Of a DNA stretch of 64,000 bases, positions 41,310 through 56,899 are shown one piece after another. Location of the stretch: assembly GCA_951406725.2 (NCBI GenBank), contig OX597818.1:18910001-18974000 (forward strand). Direction: 5' to 3'. The notes under the pieces are model-generated. The model saw only the letters and a list, made by a program, of their open reading frames with translations, had not been told where the DNA came from and did not search any database. The DNA is from Octopus vulgaris. Lineage: Eukaryota. The position numbers and the translations under genes were made by a program. Every line of letters begins with the position of its first letter. Position 1 is the stretch's first letter.

Positions 41310-44300
41310 CTTTAGATTTTTAGATTTTGGCTTTAATACAAGCCTTAGTTCTTATCTTTAAAGCAACGTATATCATAAGGCAGGTTCTTAAGTATGCAAG
41401 GCTGAGGCGTTTAATTCCCTGCAATATTACACACCAACATCACATTCCACTTAATTAACAGGGTTTTTTTTAAAGTCGGTTAATACACTCTCTGTAGCTT
41501 TAGACACTGTGTGGGAAAGTTAGAAAACATTCTTATTTATTATACTTTCGGAGGCAGCAAACTAACTGGATCGTCAGTTTGCCGTACAAAATGCTTAACG
41601 GCATTTCTCCTGGCTCTTTACATTATGTGTTCAAATTCCACCAAGGTCGACTTTGTCTTTCACCCTTTCGTGGTCGATAAAATAAGTGCTAGTTGAGCAC
41701 TAGAGTCGATGTAATGACTAATCCCCACCTTCAAAATTACTAATCTTGTGCTAAAGTTTGCAACGATTATTATTATATGTTCGGATCACTAAATATTTAT
41801 TTATTATTAAAGCAGACAAAATGACGAGCACCACAAGAATACACGAAGATGGTTGTTTATGAAAATCAAAATGAAGACTGAGACATATTAAATAGATTAA
41901 TTCCATTCTGTGTACAGACCATTGAGAATCTTACAAAAGTCAATCAACAGTAGAAGTTTGATTATTACACAGAGACGAAGGCGATAAATAATTATCATAC
42001 TGTTACAAAACTAATATCAATTCGCACTATCGCCTTTATGAGATATCGGTTGATTTGTCGACGGGAGGCGAGGAGGATGGAAAGTTAAGTTATGTGTATA
42101 TGTGTGTATATGTGTATGCAAGTATGTCTCAATATTTATGTATGTATATCTATATATGCATATACGTGTGTGCATACAGTACAGATGTGAACATACACAC
42201 ATAGGCACAAATATATATACATGCACACACAAACACATACATACATACCCAAACATATACACACATACATAATGCGCGCAGACACACACGCACACACACA
42301 CGCACACACACACATATATACAAACGGTGGGGCAAGGGGATGCCCTGTCTAGAGTGTACAATTTATGAGCTGTCTAAATTCATATCAGTATCTGAGGTCT
42401 TCTGTCTATGAAATTTGACTGAAGCCAACATAGCGGGCAGGACAGTAAGCCTCGTGATAGTAGTGATCTGCATTTAGAAAAAGATTATGTCCATGGCGCA
42501 GTCTTAGGCAAGGTTTATGTAAAAGCAGTAGCTATATAAGAGCAGCTATTCTCCCCTCTCCGCACCACTGATGTTTAAAGGAAAGATGGGGTCCAGTATA
42601 GCGTGACCCTGTTGTTCTCACAGAAATGTTCATCAGAACGCTAAGAGTAACAACAAATACTGCAAGACAATGCCCTGCGCTAGTGTTTTATTTATTTAAC
42701 CGAGGAAAGACGTAGAAGAGCAATTTGAGATAGAGACGCCAAAATAGTACCGTCAGTCAAAGTGCCAAAATACAGAGTACAGAAAATCCAGTGTTTCAGA
42801 GAATAGCTGAAACTATTCAAGAGGCTGTACAATAGAGCAAGGTAAACTAGGCGGTTCTAGCAGATTTTCGGGCATACCACATGAAGGAGCTCGGGGGGGG
42901 GGGGGGTAAAAACAAAAATACATGCATTCCTAGCTAGCCCATATATAAGTTGACAAAACAACTGCTTTGTGAAAAGAAAAGCAATCTCTTAACTTAGTCG
43001 TAGCGTGCCATCAACGGTGATATCAAATGCATTTATAGGGACATCAGAAACGACCACCCGTTGGGTTCTTCTAATGTGGTAAGAATACCACTAGAGCCAA
43101 GAGGAGAAGTCAATCTAAAGAAGCTCTATTTGAGTGAAGTGGAAGATGGGGTAAAGAGAGCGAGATGTACTTCGGCACCAGATCCGTATGATGGACCTTA
43201 TAAAATCTATAAGAACTGCCAAAATATACGCCATCAGCGTGGTGGAACCTAAAATTGTCCTTCTCTGGTCTGACAGTGAACATGCAATAATCAGGTCAGT
43301 TGGGAAAATTCCGGAGTCCCTTCAGCAAATTAGGAATAAGGCGCCCAGTTATCAGAAACTTTATAAATGACCCCATTAACAACAAAGCCGCCCCGAAGTC
43401 TCAACAAATGCTGATATTCAAGATTTCTGGTGATCTTTACTGATGGCCTTACATACGCAACTTCCGCAACCGGAATTTTAAAAGCTCGGCATAAAGGAGC
43501 ACAACTAAATAATAACACTCGGGCATTTAGTCTGTTGCTTTACCAATTCCACTATCTACCACCATTTTCTTCGCTCGCCTGACTGTTCTACAAACGACCC
43601 CCATTTTTCCCACTACTCTAACGAATCTGCCAGACACAGCCGTTTTCTTAATTGCTCTACCGGTTTTATCACCACCCCCCCTCCAATTTTGAGTGCTGCT
43701 CTACTGAATCTACAACCTACCACCATTCTGTCCACCGTTCTATCTGTTCTGTAATCAGCGCCTTTTTGTGCACTGCTCTTCCAAATTGGCTACCCCACCA
43801 TTTTTTTCCAGACCGTACAGATTTTAACACCCACTGCCATGTTTGTATCCACAAATTAAAGCACTGGACATAAATAATGATTTAATTAACTTTTTACCCG
43901 TTATTCGACGAGAATTTACTTTTACTAATGTGATTAATATCAGGTAATGTTATATTGGTATAATAATTATAATTTTACTGTTATAAAATTTCATGGCGTT
44001 CGTATAACATAATGAAATGAATACTAATTTTCAAAACAAAAATAGTTATTAAATTAAAATAAAATCGAATAAAACGGCTAATTTGTATATTTGTAATAAA
44101 TATATGTTACGGGTAACAATAGCAACTATTTTATATTCTACTCGCAATTAATTACAAACCTAACATATTCATTAATTCCATATAAGGTAGCGTGACATTT
44201 TTAGCGTGACCAAGCAACAACCAACAACGTGTGTTATTAGTATTGATTTTAAACACCACCTGTAAACTTAATTCTCGGTTTCTATGTTGCTTAGTTATTA

Positions 44301-44567
44301 AATTTATAGCTGATATTTTGATTATACATTCTCTCTCTCTCTCACTCTCTCTCTCCCTTTGTCTAAAATATTTCGTTAGAATAATTTTGTTTTAAAGATT
44401 TGGATTGTCTCTTGTTTTCTACGATGATGATTCAATGGCAGAATGCAATGCTACATTAGTTGAAATAATATTGAATTAATGATCTTTGTAGTGTTGGTGT
44501 GTCGATGTCAACCGTGAAATCTTTCTGACGGTGCAAAAATTTCAGTCACAAGCAAATTCGCTTTTGA

Positions 44568-44568
<1 letters not shown>

Positions 44569-44637
<69 letters not shown>

Positions 44638-44648
44638 GTTATTATTGC

Positions 44649-44705
<57 letters not shown>

Positions 44706-44767
44706 CATTATTATTACTGTTGTTGTTGTTATTGTTGTTGTTATTATTATTATTATTATTATTACTG

Positions 44768-44816
<49 letters not shown>

Positions 44817-44851
44817 TATCATTATTACTGTTGTTGTTGTTATTGTTATTG

Positions 44852-44895
<44 letters not shown>

Positions 44896-44897
44896 GT
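44569..44897. repeat. (ATT)n/(GTT)n compound microsatellite with higher-order duplication
   Basis: Block ATCATTATT(ATT)ACTGTTGTTGTTGTTATTG recurs; explains the poly-L/I ORFs. Confidence 0.95.
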
Positions 44898-45468
44898 ATT
44901 TTCATTTTCTTGAAAAATTGTGCGATTCATCTAAAATAATGCTGAGATATTCTGTAGAGGATCGTCGATGTTATTGCCAACTCCACCATTAACAACGACA
45001 ACAACAAAAATCGAACAAAGGCAAAATAGAAAAAAAAAACCGTTGCGCTATTATTTTTTAATAACCTCATTGATCCATCGAGAATGCACTCAATCTTTTT
45101 CAGGCTGCATCCACAATGTATTATCACACGAACCATAATTGATTATTTAATTTCCCTTTTATAATTCCCTCAACAGTGTGAGAATAAAGCAAAACGTTGT
45201 CATACAACGGGAGAGAATTATTTGATATCCATCAATACTAATGGCCGTATCATTGACATAAATGCAATCCGAACATGCTTCCATGTTCGGCTTGCATTTA
45301 TGCCATTTTTCTCTGATGTTATGTCATTAATTTTGACTATTTTCTTTCTTTGATACAATTATTTCATAAAAGCATTTGGTTTCCATCCGTTTTAAATATT
45401 CTGTTTTTAAAAAGAATTAGAATTTGAAGATCCAAAACATCAAAACCTTTCGAAGAATGAAGTTTGAG

Positions 45469-45544
<76 letters not shown>

Positions 45545-46521
45545 TATGTACGTATGTATGTATGTATGTATGTATGTATGTATGTATGTATGTATGTACG
45601 TATGTATGTATGTACGTACGTATGTATGTATGTATGCACGTGCGTATGTATATATGTATGTACGTACGTATGTATGTATGTATGTATGTAAGCAGGTATC
45701 TATCTATCTCTCTATCTCTCTATCTATCTATCTGTCTGTCTATCTGTCTGTCTGTCTAACTATTTATCTTTATATGCATATACATGAGGGTGTATTTTCT
45801 TATTTTGTACGGCTGAGCTTATTTTTGCAACTTCAGCCGTGTTTTGTATCTAAAAACCTTTTATTGCTCATAGAAATTACTTTTATTCAAATATTGTTTG
45901 AAGAATCATAAATTATTTGTAATATTCTCACACTATATAAAATTAAAACATGTCAAAAAGAACGTTTTTGTAAGTGCTCGATTAACGGATTATAGCAGGA
46001 AAACGATTTGGCAGATTAACTCATACCAAATTTAATTACTGTGGGAAAGGATGGATTTTAAAATTAATTGGTTTACTAAATTCGTAATTGGAATGCAATG
46101 GCCGGCAGATAAAAGTTGAACTAAATTGCTTTGCGAGGATCCGTCCTTGGTTTTATGTTCAAAGTTGAAATGTCACTGTAATCGACTTGCTTTGAATTTT
46201 TATCCCTCTTTTGTCGATAAAACAAGTACCAGTCAAGCATTGGTGCTGATTGAATTAACTATACTTTCTTCTCTTAAATTCCTGGTTTTGTGCCAATGTT
46301 AAAACATTATTAAATTCGGTAACTTGAGTATTTAAAACGCATACCACTTCTATTAGAAGAAGTTTGGCTTGTATTTCGTTCATTGCATGGCTTTAATCAA
46401 CGCTTATCGTCTTTTACAGCTGTTTTCTTTGGCAAAGTTTTCATATGTTGCCGTTAAAATAAAACCTATTATTGATAAGATGTCTTTCATCTTATATACA
46501 CATAAATACAGACATACATAT

Positions 46522-46589
<68 letters not shown>

Positions 46590-46590
46590 G

Positions 46591-46624
<34 letters not shown>

Positions 46625-46642
46625 CATATATACACATTTATG

Positions 46643-46709
<67 letters not shown>

Positions 46710-47430
46710 ATTAAAATAAGCATTGTTGCGTCAGTAAAATACTTGGTCGGATACATCTCCACTACGTTTTTATTCTGATGTTCCAGAGACATCTTCCACG
46801 TGAATTAAGTTAGTGTTAGCGTATTTATTGCACGGAATACGGAAAAGATAACACGAAGCAAATATTTCTGGCGAGTGGAAATACACATTAGCCGATATTA
46901 TTGCACTTCAACGAATACGGTAAAAGCTATGACTGATTGAGGATATCAGAAGAACAAAGGAACATGCACGGAGTTGCTTCTTGTACTTTATACATATGTA
47001 TGTATGCATGCATGTGTATATGTATGATTATATGCATGTATGTATGTATGTATGTATGTATGTATGCATGGTATGCTGCATGCGCGTGCGTATTTATTTG
47101 TGCGTGCAAGGTCTACAAACAGATTTTACTAAAGATGATTTATTGATTTGTTTATTTATGCAAAAACCAGCGAGCTGGCAGAACCGTTAGCGTGTCGGAC
47201 AAAATGCTTAGCGACATTTCTTCTGGATCTTTACATTCCTAGTTCAAATGTTGTGGAGGTTATATTTGTCTTTCAGTCTTACAATATCGATAAAATAATG
47301 TACCAGCTAAGTACTGGAGCCGATGTAGTTGACTTGCTCCCTCTCCACAAAGTTGACGAGCTTGTCAAAAGTTTAAAATATATTTATCGTGCTGATAAAT
47401 CGTTATTCCGATCGAAGAATGTTTTTCGAA

Positions 47431-47610
47431 ATGGGCTTTATTATTGTTTGTTTCCTTCTTTCTTCAAATTGTCCTTCGTTTCTCGCCGAGGGTTTTACGT
47501 ACACCAAGGGCAGAGAAGCTCATTATATGCATTCCCAGATTACACGCGCAAATTCACAGATAAAATATGTATTTAAAAATTAACAAATAAATAAATTCAT
47601 GAATGGATTC
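47431..47610 (-). mobile_element. Solo 3'UTR of an R4/Dong-type LINE
   Basis: Reverse complement matches 51330-51490; adjacent to (ATT)n. Confidence 0.8.
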
Positions 47611-47628
47611 ATTTATAATAATAATGAA

Positions 47629-47689
<61 letters not shown>

Positions 47690-47699
47690 TTTATTTTTA

Positions 47700-47772
<73 letters not shown>

Positions 47773-47774
47773 GT

Positions 47775-47970
47775 AAGGCAGCGAGCTGGCAGAATCGTTA
47801 GCATACCGGACAAAGTGCTTTGCGGTATTTCGTCTGCCGCTACGTTCTGAGTTAAAATTCCGCCGTGGTCGACTTTGCTCTTCGTCCTTTTGGGGTCGAT
47901 AAATTAAGTACCAGTTACGCACTGGAGTCGATGTACCAGTTATGCGCTAGAGTCGATGTAATTGACCCAT
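47775..47970 (+). mobile_element. SINE family B, 3'-truncated, with small internal duplication
   Basis: Homology to B consensus; GTACCAGTTA(C/T)GC(A/G)CT(G/A)GAGTCGATGTA occurs twice. Confidence 0.85.
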
Positions 47971-47973
47971 CCC

Positions 47974-48099
47974 CTACCGGTTCGAGACAAGCTCTATAAG
48001 CACGGATGCGCTGGCAGACGGACTTGTCCGAGTTGCGCGCAGAGTGACGAACCCGTTCTGCACGCCCTCGTTCACTGTCCAAGCATTGTTGACTTGTGT
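47974..48099 (+). pseudogene. L1/Tx1-type LINE C-terminal CCHC zinc-knuckle fragment
   Basis: Translates LPVRDKLYKHGCAGRRTCPSCAQSDEPVLHALVHCPSIVDLC (zf-RVT-like). Not present in the ORF track. Confidence 0.75.
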
Positions 48100-48104
48100 C
48101 GGAA

Positions 48105-48680
48105 AGGCTTTCACATAGGGTAGACAGACTGTGAACAGTTTTCGGTCTTATCTTCTCTCTTTTTCATAATTGGAGTGGATAGTATTCTTTTGAAGTAGTT
48201 GTTGCTTAACCGATCGTTATTGAGCTTGATCATTTCTTCGTGGTGTGTATCACGTTCGCTACTCATATTCTTTGCACGGTGTTTTAAGCACTGAGCAATC
48301 CCTCTCTTTACACTGTATAGATGGTAGGAATTGAAATTGAGGTATCGTCCAGTAAAGGTCGGCTTGCGGTATACGGATGTCCTGAATCCATACTTGGTGC
48401 GTGTCATTAATACGTTCAGGAATGCAATCTGATTGTCTTTTTCCTTTTCCATTGTGAACTGTATGGATAGCTTTATTGAGTTCACATTATCTAACAGCAC
48501 TTGGACATCTTACTGGTGGTGCCAGAGTATAAAGGTGTCATCAACATATCGTAGCTATAATGTTGGTTTTAGTGGTGTTGATCCTAAAGCCAAATTCTCA
48601 AAGTATTCCATGTACATATTGGCTTTTACCGGTGATAATGGTGAGCCCATAGCTAAACCCTCCTCTTGTCGATATATATC
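48105..48680 (-). pseudogene. Penelope-like element reverse-transcriptase fragment
   Basis: YRQEEGLAMGSPLSPVKANMYME, *LRYVDDTFILW, IQFTMEKEKDNQIAFLNV, VYRKPTFTGRYLNFNSYH; contains a stop and a frameshift. Confidence 0.9.
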
Positions 48681-50291
48681 AGGAGGAATTGCAGAAGAAC
48701 TGTTTAAATTTCTTGATGAAAACGTTATATTACCGCCGGAACAACTAGGCTGTAAAGGAGATTCAGAAGTACCAATGATCAAATATTGACAGACAAAATG
48801 GCAATGCAAGATTGTAACCGAAGGAGAACAAATCTGGGAAGGGCTTGGATTGATTGTCGCAAAACTTATATGATTCGTGGATCATCGAGTGCTTAGATCT
48901 GTTTGGAATTGCGAGGAACGTAACGGGCTTCCTGAAGAGAAGTATGGTGGGATGGAAAACTGAACTGACATCTTACAGAAAAAGCTTGAGCAACCTGGGT
49001 ATTACAAGAGGGATTTTCCAGGGTGATAGCCTATCTCCGTTGCTTTTTGTTCTCCGACCTTGGTACCTAAGAAAATGAACCTGAGGGACCAACTAAAGGG
49101 AAAATCTCAAACAATCAACTACCCCTTCTTCGTGGATGATTTGAAACTATATAGAAAAGATGGGACATAAGTGAGTTCCTAGATGAACACAGTCCACTAT
49201 TTTAGTACTTATATGAGAATGGAATTTGGGCTCAAAAAGTGCGGAATAGTCTACCTAAAAAGAGGCAAGGTACAGTCCCTAGAAGGAATAGAATTACTGA
49301 ATAGAGACTTGATTAAACAAAATGAAACGGAAGAATACAAATACCATGGTGTATTAGAGTTCAGCGAGATAATGGAAATGAAAATAAAAGAGCAACTGAG
49401 GATGGGGTATTTCCGAAGACTGAGGTTGGTGTTGTGCTCAAAATTGACCGGATGGAATAAAATCCGAGCAGTTAATACGTGAGCGATAGAAACACTTCGG
49501 TATAGAGCGGGAATTACAAAATGGCAAAAGAGAGAAATGAAGAAAATGGATACCGAGAAAAATGTTGACAATGAACGGAGCCCTCCACCCTAAGAGTGAC
49601 ACCAATAGGCTGTATTTATCCAGAAGAAAGGGTAGGAGAGGTTTGATCAGTTGTCAGGACTGTATAGAAGCAAAGGAAAACAGCTTAGTGTGGTATATAA
49701 AAAATGCCGTGGAGTCACTGTTGAAACACACGAACAAGGATGGCGTCATCAAAGCTGAAAATAGTGTAACTAAAGAAAAATTTAAACAAGAAATGAACAA
49801 AAAAAGCATGAAAAGAAAAGAAAATGTACGGCCAATTTTCAAGAAATGTGAAGGCCAAGACAGATACAGATGACCGGTGGCTATGGATGAGGAGGCGTGA
49901 CATGAAGATAGAAACAGAAACACTCATATGCGCAGCTCAGGAACAGGCGTTAAGGACCAACTATATGAAGTGCAGAATAGACAACACTACTGATTGCGAC
50001 AAACGCAGAATGTATGGTGTGAGGGGTAAAACATCGTTAGCGAATGCCTGAAATTGCCACAACGCGAATACAAAAGATGCCATGATAATGTGGCGAGAAT
50101 GATCCCTTGGGAGCTCTGTGGAAATCACGGTCTACATAAAGCAAAGACAGTGTATGAGTCACCGAAAATGAGAATTGCAAAATTCTGTGGGATACAATGA
50201 TCCAGTGCGATCGCCCGACCAGACATCGGAAATCGGACATTGTTGTGGTGAATAAAAACGAAAGAATATGTATGATAATCGACATAGCATG
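48681..50291 (+). pseudogene. R4/Dong-clade LINE fragment 1 (RT through start of REL endonuclease), disrupted
   Basis: PEQLGC, AWIDCRKTYD, RGIFQGDSLSPLLFV, FVDDLKLY, MEFGLKKC, ETETLICAAQEQALRTNY, ILWD...HRKSDIVVVNK...IIDIA; many stops and frameshifts. Confidence 0.9.
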
Positions 50292-50309
50292 AATTATTCG
50301 CAGGGTTCT

Positions 50310-51500
50310 TGAATCATGACCAGTAAATAAATAAAATACCTTGAAGCAACCAACGATTGGATGCTAAAACTTGTTGAAAAACATGAAAGACTGAAAAAAC
50401 TTCACTCTATTCTCAAAGAGAGCAAAAAATTTGCTGCTGATCTCTTAGATACCCATCAGATTGATCAGGCTGAAGGAAATGCGCCAACTGCTGCTACAAA
50501 GAAAATAAAATTAATTTCAAAGACAAAAGCACATGAAAAATTATCTAGCAGATGGGAACAGAAATCTCTCCATGGCAAGTATGTGGCCCGTAGCAAACAA
50601 GCTGATGTCGACCAGAAACACACGCACCAATGGTTACGAAGCTCAAGGCTAAAAGCAGAGAGTGAAGGTTTCATATTAGTTGTTCAAGACCAAAGCTTAT
50701 TAACCCGGAACTACCAAGCCAATGTGATAAAAAATGGAGCTGACCCAAAATGCCGATTCTGTAACAATGCGATTGAAACAATAGACCACCTAATCTCAGG
50801 GTGTAGAGTCTTAGCACCTGCAGAATATAAAGCAAGACATGACAGAGTCGGCCAGTATTTACATTGGACAATATGTTGGCATTATAAAATCAAAACCGCT
50901 GACAAACGGTATAAACACCATCCTGAAGCTGTGACTGAGGGAGAAAATGTGTCGATTCTATGGGACTTCCCCGTACAGACCGACAAGACTATAAAAGCTA
51001 ATAAACCGGATATTATTATAAAAGATCAGACAAAAAAGATGTGTTTATTAATTGACATGAGTATTCCTTGCGATCACATTATAGCGGCGAAGGAATTTGA
51101 CAAGATTAGTGAATATAAAAACTTGCTAATAGAAATTGAAAAAATGTGGCATCTCAAGGCGACTACAGTACCAGTGATTGTAGGATCTCTAGGAATGATA
51201 AAAGAAAGGTACTACTGAAACCTATTTGAAAATGATTCCAGGCTTACCATCCCTACAGGAAGTGCAAAAATTCGTATTAACTGGAACGGCTCATGTACTG
51301 AGAAGAGCACTATCGCTGTGAAAACAACATCCATCCATGAATTTATTTATTTATTAATTTTTGAATACATATTTTATCTGTGAATTAGCGCGTGTAATCT
51401 GGGAAAGCATACAATGAGCTTATCTGCCCTAGGTGTATGGAAAACACTCATGAGAAACGGAAGAAAATTTGAAGAAAGAAGGAAAAACATAATAATAATA
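50310..51500 (+). pseudogene. R4/Dong-clade LINE fragment 2 (CCHC + REL endonuclease + 3'UTR + (TAA)n tail), 5'-truncated
   Basis: ORF 50361-51218: CRFCNNAIETIDHLISGC, RHD, KPDIII, LIDMSIP, VPVIVGSLG; frameshift near the C-terminus, stop ~51321, then 3'UTR and (TAA)n. Confidence 0.92.
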
Positions 51501-51506
51501 ATAGAT

Positions 51507-52055
51507 GCAGTACCAGGCACTGGCTAATGTCCTGATTCAGTACTGGCTAATGCCCTGATTCAGTACTGGTTCTCATGGTTTCTCATCTTAACTGATTGGA
51601 AGTATTACCATGTACATGTTTTGTCTTGGTATAAAAGATGGGCTACAGCAAATATTCTACTCAATAACACAGATTTGTTTGTCATTTGTTTGACCTTAAT
51701 CAGTTGAGCAAGTCCCTTAGTGACTGACGATATGTGCATCTCTAATCACGAGCAAAAGTAGTGGGGGAGCATCATAGCCTTGTATTGAGAGGCATTCTTT
51801 GGGCTTTGAATAATTTACCTCTGGAAAACATGGGTGTTTATCCTGAAGCAACCCTTATTCAGGGATCTTCTAACAGGACCCCACCTGCAAGGTCATGCGC
51901 TGTTTAACTTGTTATGAGATTACTATGTCGCGTGCATATGGTTGTGATGCATGTGTCTAGTATACCCTTATCAAACGGGTAGTCGTGATGGGTATATTGG
52001 GTTTCGCATATATTACCCCAGTGACACTTAAATGGCATACCCTGCTCTCTCACTT
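51507..52055 (+). repeat. Unnamed ~530-bp interspersed repeat, copy 3
   Basis: Starts TGCAGTACCAG immediately after the R4/Dong (TAA)n tail. A partial inverted copy 4 is at ~58575-58745. Confidence 0.85.
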
Positions 52056-52074
52056 AATGATGATAATGATAAAA

Positions 52075-52280
52075 ATTTTTAATTTTGCCACAAGTGCAGC
52101 AATTCTGGGGGAGGGGATGAGTCATTTACACTGACCCCAGTGTTTTACTGGCACTTAATTTATCGATCCCGAAAGGATAACAGGCAAAATCGGCCTAGGC
52201 GGAATTTGAACTTAGAACGTAGCGACGGGCAAAATACCGCTAAACAATTCGCTAACGATTCTGTCATCTGGCAGTCTTAA
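52075..52280 (-). mobile_element. SINE family B adjoining (TAA)n
   Basis: Homology to B consensus. Confidence 0.75.
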
Positions 52281-52290
52281 TAATAATACT

Positions 52291-52327
<37 letters not shown>

Positions 52328-53246
52328 GTAACGAAAAAAGGCGCATTGTTTGACGTAGTTCCAAGTTTACAGCGCGAAGGGAAAAGGACGGGATAGCCAT
52401 AGTTGGAGGATCTTTGACTATAAATCTGCTCGATCAGGTTGACCTGTGGCTAAAGAACAATAACGACAGCAACAAATACTTATGTCGCAATGTGCTACGT
52501 TGATACTTGGTAAATGTCGAAGCATGTCTGCATTTGTGTATCGTACTTGTGGACAATCGATTGACTGTCTAGGTACCATAGGTCGTGTGTTCGGTCGGGA
52601 CGGATCTGAGGTTACACAGGCAACGAAATCAGCCACGATGTCAACATCCACGACGACAGAAACAACAAAAGCAGCAGCAGCAGCAGCAGCAGCAACAACG
52701 ATGACAACGCCATTAATAACAACAACAACAACATCAACAACAATAACAACTGCTACAAAAACATCAGTAACAGCAGTAACAACAACGAACAATATTGCTA
52801 TTACATCATGTTGTTCTGAGCAACGTGGCTGAAGTTAAGTATTTTTGATAATCACGATTCCGCTCAATCAATAGATATCTTCAATTGAATTTATGCAATA
52901 GTTAATTCCACGCCAGTTCCTGAAGCAACTACACACCCGTCAGTTCTTGCTTTTTCTCTCACCATTCTCTCTCTCTCTCTCTCTCTCGCTCTTCTTTTAC
53001 TCATTCGCCGTTCTCTCGTTCACCTCTTCTCTCTGTCTTTCTCTGTCTCTCTCCTTTTTCTCTGTCTGATAGTCTATTCAGTTTCACGTTATCTCTCCTT
53101 AATTGTCTTTGTTAGTCTCTCTGTCTCTGTCTGTCTCTCTCTCTCTATATATATATATATCTCCTAATATCTAGTTCCTCCTTCATATCTCTCGTCTTTT
53201 CTCTCTGTCTCTGTTTCTCCCCGTGTCTCTCTGTATATTTGTCTGC

Positions 53247-53277
<31 letters not shown>

Positions 53278-53278
53278 A

Positions 53279-53326
<48 letters not shown>

Positions 53327-53429
53327 GACAGCACGAGCAAATGTTTGAAAGAAAGATGGACAGACGGAAAGAAACGAAGAAAATGATTGAATAATTGGAA
53401 AAAAATAGAAGGAAAACACTGGCGGGTGG

Positions 53430-54535
<1,106 letters not shown>

Positions 54536-54978
54536 AGACGCGCCCCTCTCACACAGTATTAGATAATACGCATATGTGCGTATATTTATGTGTGTATATG
54601 TATGTATATACACATATAAACACACGTACATACCTAACTATCGATTCATTCATACGATTTATCAAATGTTTATCTCTGTAGATATCTCCTTTTAAACACT
54701 TTCGCTTCATTCTCCTTCTTTTCTCTGCTTACTTCCCCCTTTATTTCTTCTTATTCTTTCTCTCTCTCTCTCTCTCTCACTTCCTTTCTCTCCCCCTTCA
54801 TCTCTCTCTCTCTCTGTCTTTCTCTCCGGCTCTCTCTTTCACCCTTCTTTCCACACATATCAACACCCACACGTACACACAAACACACGTAGTACATGTT
54901 CAACTAGTCGACGTTGTCACCACCAACACCTCCACCACCTTCGCAAATACGACGACCACCAATACTGCCACTAAGCGA

Positions 54979-55043
<65 letters not shown>

Positions 55044-55044
55044 A

Positions 55045-55166
<122 letters not shown>

Positions 55167-55439
55167 GTTGCCACAATATCGAGAGCCTCTCCTCTGTTTT
55201 CTTCTTCGTCTCATTCAAAGGTTAATAAAAACAAAAACTTAAGCTTCAAATCTAATAATAGATAAACTATTGAATTTATTATATTCTCGCCAATCACTCC
55301 CACCTGCTCCGTGATTATGTACATGTGTCTGTCGCTATATCTCTGCCCATGTCTGTCCTTCTGTCTGTGTCTTCTCTCTCTCTCTCTCTCTCTCTCTTTC
55401 GTCAAATATATGTGTATGTGTGTGTGTATAAATGCAAAT

Positions 55440-55832
55440 AGTAAGAAGCTTGCTTCACAACCACATGGTTCCGGATTCAGTCCCACTGCGTGGAACCTTG
55501 GTCAAGTGTCTTCTACTATAGTCTCGGGTCGACCAAAAGCCTTGAAAATGGATTTTGTGGATGGAAACTGAAAGAAGCCGGTCGAATAAATGTATGTATA
55601 TAGCTATGTGTATGCGCTTTTGTGTCTGTGTTTGTCTCCCATTACAGCTTGGCAACTGGTGTTAGTGTGTTTACGTCCCCGTAACTTAACGGTTTGTCTA
55701 AAGTGACCGATAGAATAAGTAAGTACCAAGCTGTTACAAAATAAGTACTGGCGTCGACTCATTCGACAAAAAATTCTTCAAGATGGTGTCCCAGCATGGT
55801 TGCAGTCTAATGACTGAACCAAGTAAAAGATA
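55440..55832 (+). mobile_element. SINE family A
   Basis: Homologous to 857-1240. Further copies at 56836-57205 and 57756-58280; degenerate pieces at ~12410-12495(-), 12910-13020 and 30390-30515(-). Confidence 0.85.
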
Positions 55833-55929
55833 ACAAAAAAAAATACACGGTAACTGGTCCTGCATAATTCTTACAACGCATATTTTCGTTCATCTAATCC
55901 ATATATTTATTTCCTGACAGAGTTATACA

Positions 55930-56220
55930 ACAAAGGACTCTTGTCTGGGATGCTACATGTAGCTACACTATCCCCAACGGCAGTTTACCCAAGAGGGGCA
56001 AAATATCTTAGTATCACCCGTCACACTGACAGACTTGTGGTCGAACCTGCGGAAGTGTGAGACCTTCGGCGTTTCTGGACTCAGGTCTACATCCCTGTTC
56101 ACAGCTATCAGGTTAGAAATGGCTATCCGCAAGTGCAAACTCTGTGAATCAGAGTGGCTGTTCTAGTGCGTCTTCGTCATTCTTCGGGGTAACGCCTTTT
56201 CCATTTTCTCCGCCGGAACC
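55930..56220 (+). pseudogene. CRE-clade non-LTR retrotransposon REL endonuclease remnant
   Basis: TLVWDATCSYT...TDRLVVEPAEV/ETFGVSG...ESEWLF* resembles CRE LVWDATCxDT...PxAVETxG...WLFQRLS. Confidence 0.55.
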
Positions 56221-56575
56221 ATGAAGTGGACTGAAGAGTCTTATATCTCTTAAACTCTTAAAACTATGACAGCACAATTATTATTACTACTTTTGATAAT
56301 GTTGTAGGTCCTGGTACAAATTAGAAATTAGTTGAGGCCTATGACCAATCTCTATATAAAATAATTAAGCGGAAAGAATGGATCACACACACACACACAT
56401 AAATACGCACACACAGATACACATATACACACATATGCACGCACATACACACCTGTATGTATGTGTGATTATGTGTGTACATACATACATACATACGTAT
56501 ATATGTGTGTGTATATATATATATATGTATATATATATATACATACACATATATAGACACACACACACACACACA

Positions 56576-56643
<68 letters not shown>

Positions 56644-56646
<3 letters not shown>

Positions 56647-56822
56647 TCACTAGCCACTACACATTCTTTATTTTCTCTCCCTGTTTCTGTGTTCCTTTGT
56701 GTGGAAGAGCGTAGGCTCGAAATGTTAAAGACATTTTCACTTCCCGAGCGTTAAAGTAATACATCTGTTTGTTATCTACACCAACTGTCTTCGTCTTTTG
56801 TCTTTTTGTGAATCCTCCCTTT
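56644..56822 (+). mobile_element. Short element with degenerate minimal hammerhead-like motif (subfamily 2)
   Basis: 56695-56730 reads CTTT-GTGTGGA-A-GAGC-GTAG-GCTC-GAAAT-GTT-AAAG; flanked by (TA)n on both sides. Confidence 0.5.
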
Positions 56823-56865
56823 ATATATATATATAGGCGCAGGCGTGACTGTATAGTAAGAAGTA

Positions 56866-56899
<34 letters not shown>

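Noticed and set aside
42780-43875. Higher-complexity segment that might be an exon or LINE remnant
   Set aside because: No recognisable motif found in the translations examined; left unannotated.
52482-52832. Thr/Ala-rich mucin-like ORF
   Set aside because: Driven by (ACA)/(GCA) microsatellite; no supporting gene structure.
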